64,000 bases of DNA from an uncultured delta proteobacterium (GCA_963785725.1 CAWAWS010000006.1:224001-288000); one strand, 5' to 3'; numbered from the stretch's first letter, positions 30,107 to 40,323 are shown. Notes: a model not told the origin generated them from the letters alone. A program made the numbers and translations.

Positions 30107-31863
30107 GCCGATCTCTCGTCGCTAAATTCACCGTCGCCGCCGCCGTCCTCTTTGCGTCCGCCGCCGCGTACGCGCAGAGCGCCGCCTTCGACGCCCAGCA
30201 GTTCCATCCGTCGGCCACGTCGAATGGCTATCTCGGCGTCGACGGCGCCTTCGTGGCGCCGCACCTCGGCTACTCGGTCGGCATCTACGACAGCTACGCG
30301 CACGACGCGCTCGTCCTGCGCGCGCCGGTCGCCGAGCCGCTGGTGACGACGCAGCTGGCCGGCGATCTCGTGGCCAGCTTCGCCGTCCTCAATCGGCTCG
30401 AGCTCGGCATCGATCTGCCGTTCGGCTATCAACGTTATTACGTGACGCCGTCGTTCTTGCCGTCGCTGAAGTCGGTCGGCCTCGGCGATCTGCGGCTCGA
30501 GCTGAAGGCGCTGTTGTGGGCGCCCGACGTCGCCGGCCAGCGCTTCGGCTTGAGCGTCGTCGCCGGCGCCAGCGCGCCCAGCGGCAACACGACCATGTTC
30601 CTCGGCCAAGACGGCTGGACCGGCCGCTTCCGCCTCGTCGGCGAATGGCGTAGCAGCCTGTTGTCGGTCGCCATCAACTTCGGCGCCGTCGTGCGCAGCG
30701 ATCGCGACTTCGGCGACTTGCACGTCGGCACGCAGCTCGTCTGGGGCGTCGGCGCCGCGGTGCCGTTGCCGCTCGGCTTCGCCCTCCTCGGCGAGGCGCG
30801 CGGCCTCATCGGCGTCGGCCTGCCGAACGGCGCCTCGTTGACGCGCGCCGAGGCGCCCGCCGAATTGACCGTGGGCGCCCGCTGGCGCGCCAAGCTCGGC
30901 CTCGAGCTCATCGTCGCCGGTGGCACCGGCTTGTCGCGCGGCTACGGCACGCCCGACGGTCGCCTCATCGGCGGCATTCGCTACACGTCGCCCGAGCGCG
31001 CGCCCAAAGCGCCCGAGCGCGACCGCGACAACGACGGCGTCTTCGATCGCGACGACAAGTGCCCGAGCGAGCCCGGCCCGGCCAGCAACGGCGGCTGCCC
31101 GCTGCCTGCCGACAGCGATGGCGACGGCGTCCCCGATCGCGACGACAAGTGCCCGAACGAGCCGGGCGCGCGCGACAACGGCGGCTGCCCCGACCTCGAC
31201 AGCGACGGCGACAACGTCGTCGATCGGCTCGACAAGTGCCCCAACGAAGTCGGCCCGGCCGCCAATCACGGCTGCCCGCTCGCCGATCGCGACCGCGACG
31301 GCGTGCCCGACGGCAGCGATCGCTGCCCCGACAAAGCCGGCCCCATCGAGAACCAAGGCTGCCCCGACTTCGACAGCGACGGCGACGGCCTCGTCGATCG
31401 CCTCGACAAGTGCCCGTTCGATCCCGAGACGTACAACGGCGTCGCCGACGAGGACGGCTGCCCCGATCAGCCGGCGGCGCTGGCGGCGTGGACCGCCGAT
31501 CGCATCGCCATCTTCGAGCCCATCTTGTTCGTGAACGACGGCAGCATCGTCGACAAACGCAGCATGAAGCTGCTCGGAATCATCGCCCGCCTCATGAACC
31601 TGCACGCCGAGGTCTTGAAGTTCCGCGTCGAAGGTCACATGGACAACAAAGGCGCGGGCCTGACGCTGCTCGAGCTGTCGCGCGCGCGCGCCGCCAGTGT
31701 CCGTCGCTGGCTCATCGATGTCGGCCACGTCGACGGCCGCCGCTTGACGGCGCAAGGCTTCGGCGCCGACAAGCCCGTCGCCGACAATCGCGACTTCATC
31801 GGCCGCGCCAAGAACCGCCGCATCGACTTCGTCATCATCCAGAAGCTCGACAGCGGCCCGTAA
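30103..31863 (+). CDS. Beta-barrel plus thrombospondin type-3 repeats plus OmpA-like domain (TraB-like)
   Basis: Signal peptide; GLGDLRL barrel motif; five DxDxDxVxDxxDxCP-type repeats; EGHMD, LSRARAASV and NRRIDF OmpA motifs; ATGA overlap with upstream gene. Confidence 0.9.
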   Translation: MSRSLVAKFTVAAAVLFASAAAYAQSAAFDAQQFHPSATSNGYLGVDGAFVAPHLGYSVGIYDSYAHDALVLRAPVAEPLVTTQLAGDLVASFAVLNRLELGIDLPFGYQRYYVTPSFLPSLKSVGLGDLRLELKALLWAPDVAGQRFGLSVVAGASAPSGNTTMFLGQDGWTGRFRLVGEWRSSLLSVAINFGAVVRSDRDFGDLHVGTQLVWGVGAAVPLPLGFALLGEARGLIGVGLPNGASLTRAEAPAELTVGARWRAKLGLELIVAGGTGLSRGYGTPDGRLIGGIRYTSPERAPKAPERDRDNDGVFDRDDKCPSEPGPASNGGCPLPADSDGDGVPDRDDKCPNEPGARDNGGCPDLDSDGDNVVDRLDKCPNEVGPAANHGCPLADRDRDGVPDGSDRCPDKAGPIENQGCPDFDSDGDGLVDRLDKCPFDPETYNGVADEDGCPDQPAALAAWTADRIAIFEPILFVNDGSIVDKRSMKLLGIIARLMNLHAEVLKFRVEGHMDNKGAGLTLLELSRARAASVRRWLIDVGHVDGRRLTAQGFGADKPVADNRDFIGRAKNRRIDFVIIQKLDSGP

Positions 31864-32022
31864 AAACCCGAGCGAAACGCGTGCGCGGTCACGAACGGCG
31901 GGCGCCGCTTTTTATTCACGGTTTCCGTCGCGGCACCGACTTTTTTGCGCGGTATCGTTCGCGACAATCTGTTTGCGCGCTTTTCGCTGGCGCGTTCGTA
32001 AGACCTGTTCACACTGAAGCCA

Positions 32023-32439
32023 ATGCAATATTTGTTGATGACGTTGGCGCTCGCGACGGCTCCCCTCTCGGCTCACGCGGACGCCTGCTCGACAGTGCGC
32101 GGCTACTTCGCAGCGCTCGATCGTCAGGACTTCAACTCGGCGATCGCGATGACGAACGGTAAAGCGCAGTCGAGCACGTCGCATATGGTCGAGGACTTGA
32201 AGCGCCAGGCGGCGAAGAATCACGCCCGCGTCGAGGTCAAGGTCAAGCGGCTCGACGTCTCGGCGGCGCAGCACGCCGAGGCGCGCGGCGTGCCGGTACC
32301 GGTGGCGTTTCACATCGACGTCGTCGGCCACAAGTTCTGCTTCCATAAAGTGGCGCGGCAGCTCGATGGCCAGGCGCGCTTCTTCGTCGACCCCGCGGGC
32401 TCGGGTCGCATCGTCGCCATCGAAGGCTCGCTCGAATAG
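32023..32439 (+). CDS. Hypothetical secreted protein
   Basis: Signal-peptide-like N-terminus ending AHA; typical codon usage. Confidence 0.65.
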   Translation: MQYLLMTLALATAPLSAHADACSTVRGYFAALDRQDFNSAIAMTNGKAQSSTSHMVEDLKRQAAKNHARVEVKVKRLDVSAAQHAEARGVPVPVAFHIDVVGHKFCFHKVARQLDGQARFFVDPAGSGRIVAIEGSLE

Positions 32440-32635
32440 CTCGCCCGCGTCGCGCGCGACCTGAGCGCGCGCGGCGGGCATTTCGTGATCGATCGCACCT
32501 CGCTGTGCGCTCGATCGCGGCTGTTGGAGACAGCTGTCGGCATTCAGAACAGCTTGACTGTCGCGTAAACGGCCGTGCGGCTCGGTTTTGCGACGGTCCA
32601 GCGGTTGCAGAGAGCGGTGCGTGGAGGTTCTCATC

Positions 32636-33010
32636 ATGCGCTACGCTCGCCGCTCGCTTCTCGCCGCTTTCGCCCTCGTCGCCGGCTGCGCTCACGTCGA
32701 CTACCAAGGTCAGTCCACCGTCCCCAAATCCGCGCCCGTCCCGATCGTGAGCGCCGCGCCGGCGCGCGCGCATCACGCGCTCGGGCGCATTGCCGTCGAG
32801 AAAATCGTGGGCGAGAACTTGGAGATGATGCTGGCGCGGCTCGGGCAAGAGGGCGCCAAGCGCGGCTGCGACGTCGTCGTGTGCAACGTCAACAACGCCA
32901 TCGTCGACGGCGTGCAGTCGAGCGATCCCACCGGCGTGCGCTACTTCTCGACCTACGACGGCAATCGCGTGCCCGACGGCGTCTTCGGCGAGTGCGAGGC
33001 GTTCCAATAG
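32636..33010 (+). CDS. Hypothetical lipoprotein
   Basis: GGAGG RBS; VAGC lipobox. Confidence 0.7.
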   Translation: MRYARRSLLAAFALVAGCAHVDYQGQSTVPKSAPVPIVSAAPARAHHALGRIAVEKIVGENLEMMLARLGQEGAKRGCDVVVCNVNNAIVDGVQSSDPTGVRYFSTYDGNRVPDGVFGECEAFQ

Positions 33011-33317
33011 TCGCACGCACGCTCGTCGCTTGCCGCGCGCCGCCGATATGGCCAACTCAACTTCAGCGGGCTGATCGAAGGTCGGCGGCTGCTGAGCTCG
33101 GCAGGCCTCGCGACCGCAGGTGGTCGTGCCGCTCAGGCTGACGATCCCGAGGCAGCGAATCGGGCTTCAAACCCCGACGACCTTTACGACGCGGGCCGTT
33201 CACGGACCGCCCTACCGACCGAAATCCACGATGTTTCAGAGGCTGGGCTTCGGCACCGGCCCCTCGTCGCGATCTGCCACGCGGTGCTACGCTCATAGCC
33301 TCAAACAGGGGGACACC

Positions 33318-34049
33318 ATGAAACATCGTATGCGCTGGGCGCTTGCCTGTGTCTTGGTTGTGGCTGCGTGCAAGGGGGCGGAGCAGCTCGACCCGACCGA
33401 ACGGTACGCAGCCGTCGTCAGCCCGCGTGGTGGCGGCTCACCGCCTGGCGCCGGTGGTGCACCCGGTGGCGGCGGTCCAGCCGGTCCCGGCTCACCGCCT
33501 GGCGCTGGTGGTCCACCCGGTGGCGGCGGTCCACCTGGTGGCGGCGGTCCACCCGGTGGCGGCGGTCCACCCGCTTCGACTTCGCCGACGCGAACCTTCA
33601 ATAACTCGTCAATAACGGTTGCCGGGCTCTTCTGCGGCGTCACCAGCGCCAGCTATGACGGTCAGCTTTGCGCGGGCGCCGGTGGCACCTGCGGCTTCGC
33701 CGGCGGCAAGTCGGCTTGCGAAACGGCGTGTAACTCGACGACGGCTCATCTGTGCGCGGCGAGCGAAGTCGCGCAGTCGATGCAGGTCGGTATGTCCGCG
33801 ACCATCGGGGCCGCAATCGGCAGCGGCGGCGCCGCCTGGATCTTTGCGGGCGGCGTCGGCGACGTCCCCAGCGGCGGCGGCGGTTCGGGTGGCGGCGGCG
33901 GGAGCTTCGTCGCACCCGTTCAGCGCGACTGCAACTACTTCAGCGACAACACGACCTCGTCGTACGGTGTCGCTTTGACCGGCGGCAGCAGCGTTGCGCC
34001 AACTTCACGCTCATGCAGCGTCGCTGCGTCCATCGCCTGCTGCGACTGA
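33318..34049 (+). CDS. Lipoprotein with Gly/Pro repeats and Cys-rich C-terminal domain
   Basis: AGGGGG RBS; VAAC lipobox; GGGPPG repeats; C-terminal HLC..W..DC..SC..ACCD. Confidence 0.7.
   Translation: MKHRMRWALACVLVVAACKGAEQLDPTERYAAVVSPRGGGSPPGAGGAPGGGGPAGPGSPPGAGGPPGGGGPPGGGGPPGGGGPPASTSPTRTFNNSSITVAGLFCGVTSASYDGQLCAGAGGTCGFAGGKSACETACNSTTAHLCAASEVAQSMQVGMSATIGAAIGSGGAAWIFAGGVGDVPSGGGGSGGGGGSFVAPVQRDCNYFSDNTTSSYGVALTGGSSVAPTSRSCSVAASIACCD
33428..33573 (+). repeat. Coding 18-bp tandem repeat (CCACCCGGTGGCGGCGGT; PPGGGG)
   Basis: Read directly inside the 33318-34049 CDS. Confidence 0.8.
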
Positions 34050-34138
34050 CAAGACCGATCGCGCGCTGGGCTGAAGCTCGCCGTACGGCCGAGCGCATGC
34101 TGCTTGCGACGCGTCCGGGCCGCGGCCAACCTAAACGG

Positions 34139-35227
34139 GTGAACGAACACGCTCATCCCGCGCGCTGGTGGCACGCCGAGCCCGACGGCAAGCTCGTCTG
34201 CACGTTGTGCCCGCGCTTCTGTCGCCTCGGCGACGGCCAAGCCGGCTTCTGCTTCATCCGCAAGAACGAGGGCGGCGCGCTGGTGTCGCTCGGCTACGGC
34301 CGCACGACCGGCTTCGCCGTCGATCCCATCGAGAAAAAGCCGCTCAACCACTTCTTGCCGGGCACGTCGATCCTCAGCTTCGGCACCGCCGGCTGCAACC
34401 TGGGCTGCAAGTTCTGCCAGAACTGGGACATCAGCAAAGCGCGCCTCGACGACACGCAGTCCGCGCCCGTCACGCCCACGGAAGTGGTCGACCTCGCCGT
34501 CGCCCAAGGCTGTCCGTCGATCGCCATGACCTACAACGACCCGGTCATCTGGGCCGAGTTCGCCGTCGACATCGCTCGCGTCGCGCGCGCTCGCGGCGTG
34601 CGCTCGGTGCTGGTTCGGCCGGCTACGTCACGCGAAGAGGCGCGCGGCGAGCTCTACGCCGACATCGACGCCACCAACATCGACCTCAAGGCCTTCACCG
34701 ACGACTTCTACCATCGCGTGACGTTCGCGCACCTGCAGCCGGTGCTGGAGACGCTGCGCTGGCTGAAGCGCGAGACCAACGTGTGGCTGGAGATCACGAA
34801 CCTCATGATCCCCGGTCTCAACGACAGCGAGGCGGAGACGAAGCAGCTGTGCGAGTGGATCGGCGCCGAGCTGGGCGATCGGGTGCCGCTGCATTTCACG
34901 GCGTTTCATCCCGACTTCAAGCTGCGCGATCGGCCGCCGACGCCGCCGGCGACGCTGGTGCGCGCGCGACAGCTGGCACACGAGATCGGCTTACGCCACG
35001 TCTACACCGGCAATATTCGCGATCGACAGGGCGGCACGACGTTCTGTACCGACTGCGGCGCCGCCGTCATCGCGCGCGACGGCTACGCCATCGATCCGGT
35101 GGGCCTCGTCGCGGTCGGCGGCGTCGGCCGCTGCGCCGCTTGCCACGCGCCGGTCGACGGCGTGTTCGACCTGCCGCTGGCCGCGTCGCCCGGCCGCCGT
35201 CGCAGCCTCGGCCTCGTCACCAGCTGA
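34139..35227 (+). CDS. amrS: AmmeMemoRadiSam system radical SAM enzyme
   Basis: CTLCPRFC, DPIEKKPLNHF, GCNLGCKFCQNWDIS, TYNDP, NIDLK, FHPDF and YTGN motifs. Confidence 0.92.
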   Translation: MNEHAHPARWWHAEPDGKLVCTLCPRFCRLGDGQAGFCFIRKNEGGALVSLGYGRTTGFAVDPIEKKPLNHFLPGTSILSFGTAGCNLGCKFCQNWDISKARLDDTQSAPVTPTEVVDLAVAQGCPSIAMTYNDPVIWAEFAVDIARVARARGVRSVLVRPATSREEARGELYADIDATNIDLKAFTDDFYHRVTFAHLQPVLETLRWLKRETNVWLEITNLMIPGLNDSEAETKQLCEWIGAELGDRVPLHFTAFHPDFKLRDRPPTPPATLVRARQLAHEIGLRHVYTGNIRDRQGGTTFCTDCGAAVIARDGYAIDPVGLVAVGGVGRCAACHAPVDGVFDLPLAASPGRRRSLGLVTS

Positions 35228-35235
35228 ACGCGCCG

Positions 35236-37044
35236 CTACTGCGCGAAATCGAGCCGCTTGCGCACGGTCTCGTTCGGCGGAATGAAGACCGGCAGCGTGC
35301 GCGTAATCTTGAACTCGGGGTTCGTCAACACGACCACGTGCTTGCCGGCGGGCAGCTTGGCGCTCACGGGCGTCGGCCCGTGGTCGACGCCGTCGATGGT
35401 CACGCGACACCACGGGCTCGACGCGAGCAGCAGCGTGCCTTCGCCCGCGAGCTTGGCCGGCGCCACCGGCGGCGTCGGCGTCGTCGGCTTCTTGACCGGC
35501 TGAATCGGCGCCAGCGGCTTGGCCTTCACGTGCACCGGCGCAGCGGCGACCTTGTGCGGCTTGTCCGTCTTCGCATCGGTCGTCGGCGTCGCTTTCGGGA
35601 CGATGTTCGCCGGCTGCTCGCTGTTCGCCGGCTTGGCCGGCGTCGTCGTCACGCCATTCGGGCCCGGCAGCTCGTTGTCGTTAGCCTTCGCGACGACCGG
35701 CGGCGGCGCCGGCAGCTCGATCACGGCCGGCGCGCGCCCGCGCAGCCACGCGATCGAACCGCCGATCAGCAGCAGCGCCGCGATCACGCTCGGCCAGAGC
35801 CACACGCGTTTGCGCGGCACGACGTCGACCGTCGCGGCCACGCGCGCCTCGGCCGGCATCATCCGCGTCTCGACTTCGGCCACCGCGTCGACGTGCGCGC
35901 GAAACGCCGCGCGCTCCGCCGCCAGCCGCTCGGCGTCGCGCGCCTGCGTGTCTTCGCTCGGCTCGTCGTCTTCGTCGTCGGCGAGCGAGTCGAGCTGCAG
36001 CGTCTCCAGGTGCTCGCCGAGCGACTTGCCCTTGGCCTGCGCGTCCTGCCAGGCCTCGATCTTGTGACCGAACAGCTCGGCCATGTACGACGTCAACGCG
36101 ATCGGCGACACGTGCAGCCGATCGGCGCGCACCAACGCCTCCAAGTCGACCTGCATGTCGCGCGCGGTCTGATAGCGCGCCTCTTTCTCCTTCGCCAGCG
36201 CGCGCATGACGATCGCTTCCAGCTCCGGCGGATACTGCGGCTCGTACTCCGTCGGCGGCGCCACCGAGCCTTCGACGATCTGCTTCAAGACCTCGAAGTC
36301 GCTCTTGCCTTGGAACAGCCGCCGCCCCAGCGTCAGCTCGTACAGCATGATGCCGAGCGAAAAAATATCGCTGCGGCGATCGAGCGCCTCGCCGCGACCT
36401 TGCTCGGGCGACATATACGGCACCTTGCCTTTGAGCGTGCCGAAGCGCGTCTCGCCGTAGCGGTTCGAGGCTTTGGCGATGCCGAAATCGAGCAGCTTGA
36501 CCGCGCCATCGTAGGTGACGATGACGTTTTGCGGCGTCACGTCGCGGTGCACGATCTCGAGCGGCTTGCCGTCGAACCCCACTTTTTCGTGCGCGTAATG
36601 CAGCCCTGACGCCAACCCGATGACGATGTTGAGCGCGTGCTCGATCGGCAGCCGCTGCTCTTTGTGCTGCACCGCTTTGGAGATCGAGCGCACGTCCTCG
36701 CCGTGCAGATACTCCATGGCGATGAAGTAGTTCCCCTCGACGACGCCGACGTCATACATCTGCACGACGTTGGGATGCTGCAGCGTGGCTGCGATGCGCG
36801 CCTCGTCGAGGAACATCTCGACGAAGTCGGTCTTCGTCGCCAGCTGCGGCAAGATCCGCTTGATGACGACCATCTTCTGAAAGCCGGGCAGACCGGAGAC
36901 GCGCGCCAAGAAGATCTCGGCCATGCCGCCCGTCGCCAGGCGCTTGATGATCTCGTATTTGCCGAGCCGCGTTCCGACGCCGACGTCACCGGCGCCGGCG
37001 GCGACAGGCGTTCCCTTCAGCGACGGAGGGCGGGATCCGACCAC
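35236..37044 (-). CDS. Transmembrane Ser/Thr protein kinase with C-terminal PEGA-like domain
   Basis: GGMAEIF, VVIK, HRDVTPQN, DFGIAK, YMSPEQ; TM helix; Pro-rich linker; VTIDG..GPTP..LPAGKH; start inferred. Confidence 0.92.
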   Translation of the reverse strand: MVGSRPPSLKGTPVAAGAGDVGVGTRLGKYEIIKRLATGGMAEIFLARVSGLPGFQKMVVIKRILPQLATKTDFVEMFLDEARIAATLQHPNVVQMYDVGVVEGNYFIAMEYLHGEDVRSISKAVQHKEQRLPIEHALNIVIGLASGLHYAHEKVGFDGKPLEIVHRDVTPQNVIVTYDGAVKLLDFGIAKASNRYGETRFGTLKGKVPYMSPEQGRGEALDRRSDIFSLGIMLYELTLGRRLFQGKSDFEVLKQIVEGSVAPPTEYEPQYPPELEAIVMRALAKEKEARYQTARDMQVDLEALVRADRLHVSPIALTSYMAELFGHKIEAWQDAQAKGKSLGEHLETLQLDSLADDEDDEPSEDTQARDAERLAAERAAFRAHVDAVAEVETRMMPAEARVAATVDVVPRKRVWLWPSVIAALLLIGGSIAWLRGRAPAVIELPAPPPVVAKANDNELPGPNGVTTTPAKPANSEQPANIVPKATPTTDAKTDKPHKVAAAPVHVKAKPLAPIQPVKKPTTPTPPVAPAKLAGEGTLLLASSPWCRVTIDGVDHGPTPVSAKLPAGKHVVVLTNPEFKITRTLPVFIPPNETVRKRLDFAQ

Positions 37045-37072
37045 GTCAACGAGGGTATCACGTTCGTCACCC

Positions 37073-38062
37073 TCACTGCCATTTCGGCCACGTGTTTCCG
37101 TCGGGGCAGCCGCAATCGGCGGGATCGGGATCTTCGTTGTCGACGTTGCCCTTCGACGGGCCGCCGTAACCCCAGCAGTAGCAAGGGATACCGGAGCCGG
37201 CGATGCCATCGCTGCAGACGATGAAGTCTTCGGGGCTGCCCTTCGTCGCCGGGCAGTCGTTGGATTCGCAGTCGGCCATGCTGCCGCCGTGGGCGATGGC
37301 GAAGGCGGTGCAGGCGGCCAGCGCCTCGGTGTCGTTGTAGGTGCCGAGCGGCGCGCAGTCGTAATAGGTCTCGCCGACGCCGTCCGAGTGCGCGGGCTGG
37401 CAACTGCCGGTCGCCGCCGCTTTGCCGTTGTCGCAGCAGCCGTTGCCGGGGCATTCGCAGCCGTCGGTGTCGCTGCCGGTGCCGCTGTTGCAGTCGAAGT
37501 GGCCGCTGGCGCAGGTGTACATGCAGGCGCCGTCGGCACATATGCGCCCGGAATTATCGGAGGCGATGCTGCACACGACGCCGCATGCGCCGCAGTTGAT
37601 GACGCTCGTAATCTCGTCGCAGCCGCCGTCGTAGGTGCCCATCGTCATGTCCGGCGACGGGGGCGCGGCCGAGAGCGTGAGATCGAAGCAGACGTCGGCG
37701 CGGGCGCTCAAGTTCGCCGGCGTGCAGGCTTGGCCGAGCGGCATCGTGCCGGCGCTGTCGGAGAACGTAGTCAGCTCGAGCGTGTAGTGGCCGGGCGGCA
37801 CCTGCATCGTGATCGTCTGATCGGCGTTGAAGCTCGTCGACATGATGGGCGTGCCGGCGCCGGCAGCGACGGCAGCGCCGTTGCATTCGACGCTCGGCGC
37901 ATAGACGTCGAGACGCAAGAGCTCGGCACCCGTGACGAGCGAGCTGGGCCCGCCCATCTGCATGCACGCGCGCTTGACGCCATCGGTGCCACAGCCGATG
38001 AGACCTACAGTGGCGACGACAGCGACGGTGAGGATACGCGGAAACACGACTACGTCAGTCAC
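37073..38062 (-). CDS. Cys-rich lipoprotein
   Basis: LIGC lipobox; NCGACGVVC, DCN..DGCE and other Cys motifs. Confidence 0.8.
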   Translation of the reverse strand: MTDVVVFPRILTVAVVATVGLIGCGTDGVKRACMQMGGPSSLVTGAELLRLDVYAPSVECNGAAVAAGAGTPIMSTSFNADQTITMQVPPGHYTLELTTFSDSAGTMPLGQACTPANLSARADVCFDLTLSAAPPSPDMTMGTYDGGCDEITSVINCGACGVVCSIASDNSGRICADGACMYTCASGHFDCNSGTGSDTDGCECPGNGCCDNGKAAATGSCQPAHSDGVGETYYDCAPLGTYNDTEALAACTAFAIAHGGSMADCESNDCPATKGSPEDFIVCSDGIAGSGIPCYCWGYGGPSKGNVDNEDPDPADCGCPDGNTWPKWQ

Positions 38063-38089
38063 GATACCATGATACGATTTTCAGCAGCA

Positions 38090-38965
38090 ATGGTTCGTTC
38101 GCGTGTTCGTTTGGCGCTGTTGTGGGTTCTTTGTCTCGTCTTCCTCAGTAGCGAGGCGCGCGCGGCGATCGAGAGCGATCTGGTGCAGCGCGGCGTCTCT
38201 GCTTACAACGACTTGCAGTACGCGCGCGCCATCACGCTGCTGCATCAAGCGCTGGAAGAGACGCTGACGCGCGAGGAAAAGCTGGTCACGTTTCAGACGC
38301 TGGCCTTCGCGCACGTGGCGCTGAACGATGCGCCCTCCGCGCAGCACGACTTCGAGAATTTGTTGCGCATCGACGCCGCTTTTCAGCTCGATCGCACGAT
38401 CTCGCCGCGCGTGCGCGCGGTGTTCGAGTCGGCGCGCGCCCGCGTGGCGACGGGCGAAGACGGCAACGGCGGCGCCATCACGTCGCTGCCGACGGTCACG
38501 CCGCGCGTCGATTGGGGCGCGACGACGCACGCGCAGGCGGGCCATTCGCTCACGGTGCAGCTGTCGCATCCGGGCGGCGTCGCGGCGCGCGCGCAGCTGT
38601 TCTATCGCACCCGCGGTCAGCTCGTGTTCTCGTCGGTGTCGGCGCCGGCGGGCGGGCAGGGCCACTTCTTCTTCACGCTGCCGGGCTCGGCCGTGCAAGC
38701 GCCGGCGCTCGAGTATTACCTCGTCATCCTCGACGAGAGCGGCTCCTCGGTCGCGCAGGCGGGCACGCTCGGGCAGCCGCTCGTCGTCGACGTGCCCGGT
38801 CACGTCAAGCCGCTCTATGCGCGCGGCTGGTTTTGGGGCGTCGTCGGCGGCGCGGCGCTCGTCGCCGCCGGCGTGGTCACGGCGGCCGTGCTCGCGTCGG
38901 AGTCGTCGCGCTCGACGGCGGCCACGATCGTCATTCATCCGACGTCGCTGCACGTCGCGTTCTGA
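38090..38965 (+). CDS. Secreted TPR-like protein with C-terminal membrane segment
   Basis: Signal peptide ending ARA; TPR-like helices; SPRV motif; PLYARGWFWGVVGG TM segment. Confidence 0.72.
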   Translation: MVRSRVRLALLWVLCLVFLSSEARAAIESDLVQRGVSAYNDLQYARAITLLHQALEETLTREEKLVTFQTLAFAHVALNDAPSAQHDFENLLRIDAAFQLDRTISPRVRAVFESARARVATGEDGNGGAITSLPTVTPRVDWGATTHAQAGHSLTVQLSHPGGVAARAQLFYRTRGQLVFSSVSAPAGGQGHFFFTLPGSAVQAPALEYYLVILDESGSSVAQAGTLGQPLVVDVPGHVKPLYARGWFWGVVGGAALVAAGVVTAAVLASESSRSTAATIVIHPTSLHVAF

Positions 38966-39009
38966 TTCCGCCGGAAGCGCCGCGCATTCTGCGGTAGTCT
39001 TCGCCGGCC

Positions 39010-40292
39010 ATGGCCAAGAAATACGAGACCCCGAAAGGTACGCGCGACTTCCTGCCGGCGGACATGAAGACCCGCCGCGCCGTCTTCGATCGCCTGCGTA
39101 AATACTTCGAGCTCTATGGGTTCGAAGAGCTGGATACGCCCGCGTTCGAATACCTCGAAGTGCTGACGGTGAAATCGGGGACGCAGGCGGAGAACGAAAT
39201 CTACTCCTTCGTCGACAAGGGCGATCGCAAGCTCGGCTTGCGCTTCGATCTCGACGTCGTCGACGGGGCGCGTGGCCGCCGCGCACACCGAGCTGCCGCG
39301 TCCGTTCTATCGCTATCAGATCGCCAAAGTGTGGCGCTACGATCGTCCGCAGGCCGGCCGCTATCGCGAGTTCTACCAGGCCGACGCCGACATCATCGGC
39401 TCTTACTCGACGGACTGCGAAGTCGATCTGTTGTTGATGGCGACCGAGGTCTTGCAAGGCTTCGAGCTCGGCGACTATCAGCTGGTCATCAACAACCGCA
39501 AGATCCTGGAAGCGCAGGTGCGCGTGTCGGGCATTCCGCCGGAGAAGAAGGCGGACGCGCTGCGGGCGCTCGACAAGCTGCTCAAGATCGGCAAAGACGG
39601 CATGAAAGAGGAGTTCGGCCGTTACGGCTTGTCGGACGCGCAGTTCGATGCGTTCTACAACGTCATCGTCGTCGAGTCGCTCGACGAAGTGGCCGGCCGC
39701 GTCGCCGGCGACGAGCAGGGGCAAAAGGGCGTCGCCGAGCTGCGCGAAATCTTCGCCAAGGCCGAGCGGCTCGGCTTCGCCGACAAGCTGAAGTTCGACT
39801 GGACGCTGGTGCGCGGCCTCGACTACTACACCGGGCCCGTCTTCGAGGCGCAGGCCAAGACGACGTCCGGCTTCGGCAGCTTCGCCGGCGGCGGCCGCTA
39901 CGACGATTCTCGTCGGCCTGTACGGCGGTCAGCCGCAAGGCGCCGTCGGTCTGTCCTTCGGCCTCGAGCGGCTCATCGGGCTCATCGAGGAGCGCGGCGG
40001 CGCCAAGGACGCGCTCGAGCCGCCGCTGCTCGTGGCGCCGCTCGACGACGCGCAGTTCGAGGCCGCCGAGCGGCTGGCGTTGGCCTTGCGCCGCGCCGGC
40101 ATCGCGACGCGGTTATTGCCGGCGACCAAGCGCGAGAAGGTCTTCAAGTATTCGACGGCAGCGGGCTTGCCGCGCATCGTCCTCGTCGGCGCCGAGGAGG
40201 CGGCCAGCGGCATGTTCGCGCTGCGGCAGGCCGGCGGCGCCGAGCAGCGGCTCGGGCAGGCGGAGCTGATCGCGGCGCTGCTGGCGCGGTGA
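39010..40292 (+). CDS. hisS: Histidyl-tRNA synthetase, interrupted by +1 frameshifts at ~39253 and ~39907
   Basis: PKGTRDFLP, LRFDL, RYDRPQAGRYREFYQ, LVRGLDYYTG, GGGRYD and GLSFGLERL motifs spread over three frames. Confidence 0.93.
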
Positions 40293-40323
40293 AGCAACTT
40301 TCGTGAACGGATGGCGATAAAGG

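Noticed and set aside
39010..40292. hisS, prmC, clpX and other frameshifted genes as true pseudogenes or programmed frameshifts
   Set aside because: The breaks are single extra bases in recurring motifs, the proteins are otherwise intact, and no slippery runs are present; sequencing error is more parsimonious
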